Part shown: one piece after another, positions 7,501 through 8,163 of the stretch
Numbering within the stretch: position 1 is the stretch's first letter
Layout: every line of letters begins with the position of its first letter
Origin: Fonticula alba ATCC 38817
Taxonomy: Eukaryota; Protista; Nucleariida
DNA length: 8,163 nucleotides
Reading direction: 5' to 3' (one strand)
Assembly (NCBI GenBank): GCA_000388065.2
Contig: KB932204.1
Notes under the pieces: generated by a model
What the model saw: the letters and a program-made list of their open reading frames with translations, nothing else
Told to the model about the DNA's origin: nothing
Database searches by the model: none
Made by a program: the position numbers and the translations under genes

Positions 7501-8163
7501 GCGTGAGGGCCAGCTGCAGGGCCGCGTCGGTGTCCCACCGGCGGGCTGGAGCCTCGGGAGAGGGCGGCTCCGCGGCGGGCGGCTGTTGGAGCAGGAGGGC
7601 CGACAATTCCGGCGTCGAGGCCAGCAAGTCCATCAGCCGGTCCCAGAGGCTGGCGGTGCTGCCGCCGGCGGCGGCGGTGGCCACGGCCGCCAGGCCAGTG
7701 TCAGACTGGTCCATGCGGGGGGGGGGGGGGGGCATTAATGGTCGGGCGCAAAGACATGGAGGGGGGCGATGGAGCGGGGAGCATGGTGCGCACAGCTTGC
7801 CGGAGCAGGGCCAGGTTGATGCATGCGCCAGATCGACGCATGGAGGCGAGCACGGCCTCGGGCCCGGCGAAGGGGCTATGCATGGATGCCCTGTAGGGGA
7901 GGGAGAGGGCCCTCGAGCCGGTGTTAAAGAGGGGGTGGGGGTGGGGGGGGGGGGCCTGCGTGAAAGGCAGCACGTGTGGGAGATGCGCACATTAGCATGA
8001 TGTTGTATGTGGGGGCCAGGCCGGGCGGGGGGCCGGCCGTCAGGAGGGCGCTACCGGGGGGAAGGGCGTCGACCATGGCGAACAAGCGACCCAAGGCCAG
8101 GGTCTCGCCACGCTCGAGCAGTGTTCTGAGGAGAGGGCTGTCAGCGGTGGGGGGAGTGGGGGG
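1960..8163 (-). CDS. Large PPR-like helical-repeat protein, 5'-partial, 6 exons: join(8163..7991,7890..7794,7705..6141,5510..4848,4406..2684,2517..1960); at least 1592 aa; probably an organellar RNA-binding protein
   Basis: Exon lengths 173+97+1565+663+1723+558 = 4779 nt (1593 codons), open to TGA at 1962..1960. All five junctions are GT..AG with matching phases (2,0,2,2,0). PPR-like motifs: TYNIMLMASMHSPFAGPEAVLASMRRSGACIN (formed only after splicing exons 1 and 2); SALEKLIKTHGRAGDLAAAARVFAQARDVGITPT; AGMYSHYIRSLITHGKVVLAERVYSRALAQLRLDY; QMSYHMLFQILAKHDSIEAIVPFYRQMLASNFYIP. The function is inferred from the PPR family; the N-terminus and any targeting peptide are outside the window. Confidence 0.8.
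2518..2683 (-). other. Intron, 166 nt, phase 0
   Basis: GTGCGT donor, GCTGAC branch-like motif at 2596..2591, C16 tract, ccccCAG acceptor, no internal AG. Removing it links the long ORF to the 1960..2559 ORF. Confidence 0.85.
2684..4406 (-). CDS. PPR-like gene, exon 5 in window (carries the clearest PPR clusters)
   Basis: Tandem ~35-aa PPR-like motifs at about 3958..3752, weaker ones upstream to about 4200, and a second cluster at about 2947..2723. Ends GTG|GTGCGT. Confidence 0.85.
4407..4847 (-). other. Intron, 441 nt, phase 2, frame-preserving and stop-free, containing a trinucleotide microsatellite
   Basis: GTGCGT donor (4847). The only AG in 441 nt is the terminal caTAG (4409..4407). 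GG+C gives Gly (DPEG-NARDSHIVYD). Confidence 0.8.
4411..4655. repeat. Compound CAA/CAC/CAT microsatellite (GTT/GTG/ATG on +) with an embedded 39-bp duplication
   Basis: Successive blocks of GGT, GAT, GTT, GGT and GTT on the + strand. GCAGTATTG recurs at 4592 and 4631, and TCGTTGTTGGT at 4571 and 4610 (period 39). Confidence 0.95.
4848..5510 (-). CDS. PPR-like gene, exon 4 in window
   Basis: Helical-looking open frame APDAAAGIPLADREFAF...VNLWEQDPE, between a TAG acceptor and a GG|GTGCGT donor. Confidence 0.8.
5511..6140 (-). other. Intron, 630 nt, phase 2, frame-preserving and stop-free, filled by a minisatellite
   Basis: GTACGC donor (6140) and cgtTAG acceptor (5513..5511). GT+C gives Val (FTV-APDAAAG). 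Abrupt switch to C/T-rich repeat composition; no internal AG. Confidence 0.85.
5533..6055. repeat. Purine/pyrimidine-asymmetric minisatellite: 16-bp unit (CATGAGGGGGGAAGAG on +) and 14-bp unit (GGAGAAAAGGAGGR) in a higher-order arrangement
   Basis: Twenty 16-bp-spaced CATGA/CATAA cores in blocks of 5 (5590..5654), 5 (5747..5811) and 10 (5904..6048). The blocks are separated by G-run and 14-mer segments. Block offset is 157 bp (5654 vs 5811). Confidence 0.95.
6141..7705 (-). CDS. PPR-like gene, exon 3 in window (Ala/Leu-rich helical region)
   Basis: Long open frame with amphipathic-looking helical segments and GC-ending codons; ends TTC ACC GT|GTACGC. Confidence 0.8.
7706..7793 (-). other. 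Intron, 88 nt, phase 0
   Basis: GTGCGC donor, ATTAAT branch-like motif, C16 tract; the only AG is the terminal CAG. Joins in frame to SDTGLAAV. Confidence 0.7.
7794..7890 (-). CDS. PPR-like gene, exon 2 in window (97 nt)
   Basis: Reads (M)ASMHSPFAGPEAVLASMRRSGACINLALLRQA, completing the TYNIML PPR-like motif; flanked by CAG and GTGCGC. Confidence 0.75.
7891..7990 (-). other. Intron, 100 nt, phase 2
   Basis: GTGCGC donor, C-rich body, TTTAAC branch-like motif, ctccctcccctaCAG acceptor. Joining AT+G restores Met inside a PPR-like motif. Confidence 0.75.
7991..8163 (-). CDS. PPR-like gene, exon 1 in window (partial; not in the ORF track)
   Basis: Open frame from the window edge: PPTPPTADSPLLRTLLERGETLALGRLFAMVDALPPGSALLTAGPPPGLAPTYNIML, then AT|GTGCGC donor (phase 2). 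Confidence 0.75.

Noticed and set aside
2501-7990. Single-exon 1829-aa protein with poly-Q/poly-H and Leu/Pro/Ser repeats
   Set aside because: It starts at a GTG that is a splice donor and reads through introns with clear donors, acceptors and compositional breaks. It ends inside the 166-nt intron/next exon in the wrong frame.
67-8163. Functional linkage between the cohesin gene and the PPR gene as a system
   Set aside because: Adjacency in a compact eukaryotic genome does not imply shared function. The expected compartments differ (nucleus versus probably organelle) and no shared element is evident.

Overview
Very GC-rich eukaryotic DNA carrying two intron-containing genes on the minus strand, arranged head-to-tail. 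(1) The 3' part of a very large pentatricopeptide-repeat (PPR)-like protein gene enters from beyond 8163. I could splice it by hand into 6 exons, join(8163..7991, 7890..7794, 7705..6141, 5510..4848, 4406..2684, 2517..1960). That is 4779 nt, or 1592 aa plus TGA, with all five GT-AG introns phase-consistent. The 1829-aa ORF in the track is a read-through: two introns (630 and 441 nt) are multiples of 3, stop-free and repeat-filled, so its poly-Q/H tract and Leu/Pro/Ser repeat are most likely not protein. (2) The first coding exon (1266..67) of a divergent cohesin SA/Scc3 (STAG-domain) gene runs out of the window through an intron. The ~690-bp gap between the genes holds a 109-bp-period duplication containing (GA)16 and a probable 5'-UTR intron. 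The style (GTGCGT/GTGCGC/GTACGC donors, poly-C acceptor tracts, Ala/Pro/Gly-rich proteins) suggests a GC-rich unicellular eukaryote; Fonticula-like is only a guess. I see no RNA gene, transposon or CRISPR array, and no clear new multi-gene system. The best leads are the AG-free, frame-preserving repeat introns and a degenerate internal protein repeat upstream of the PPR clusters.
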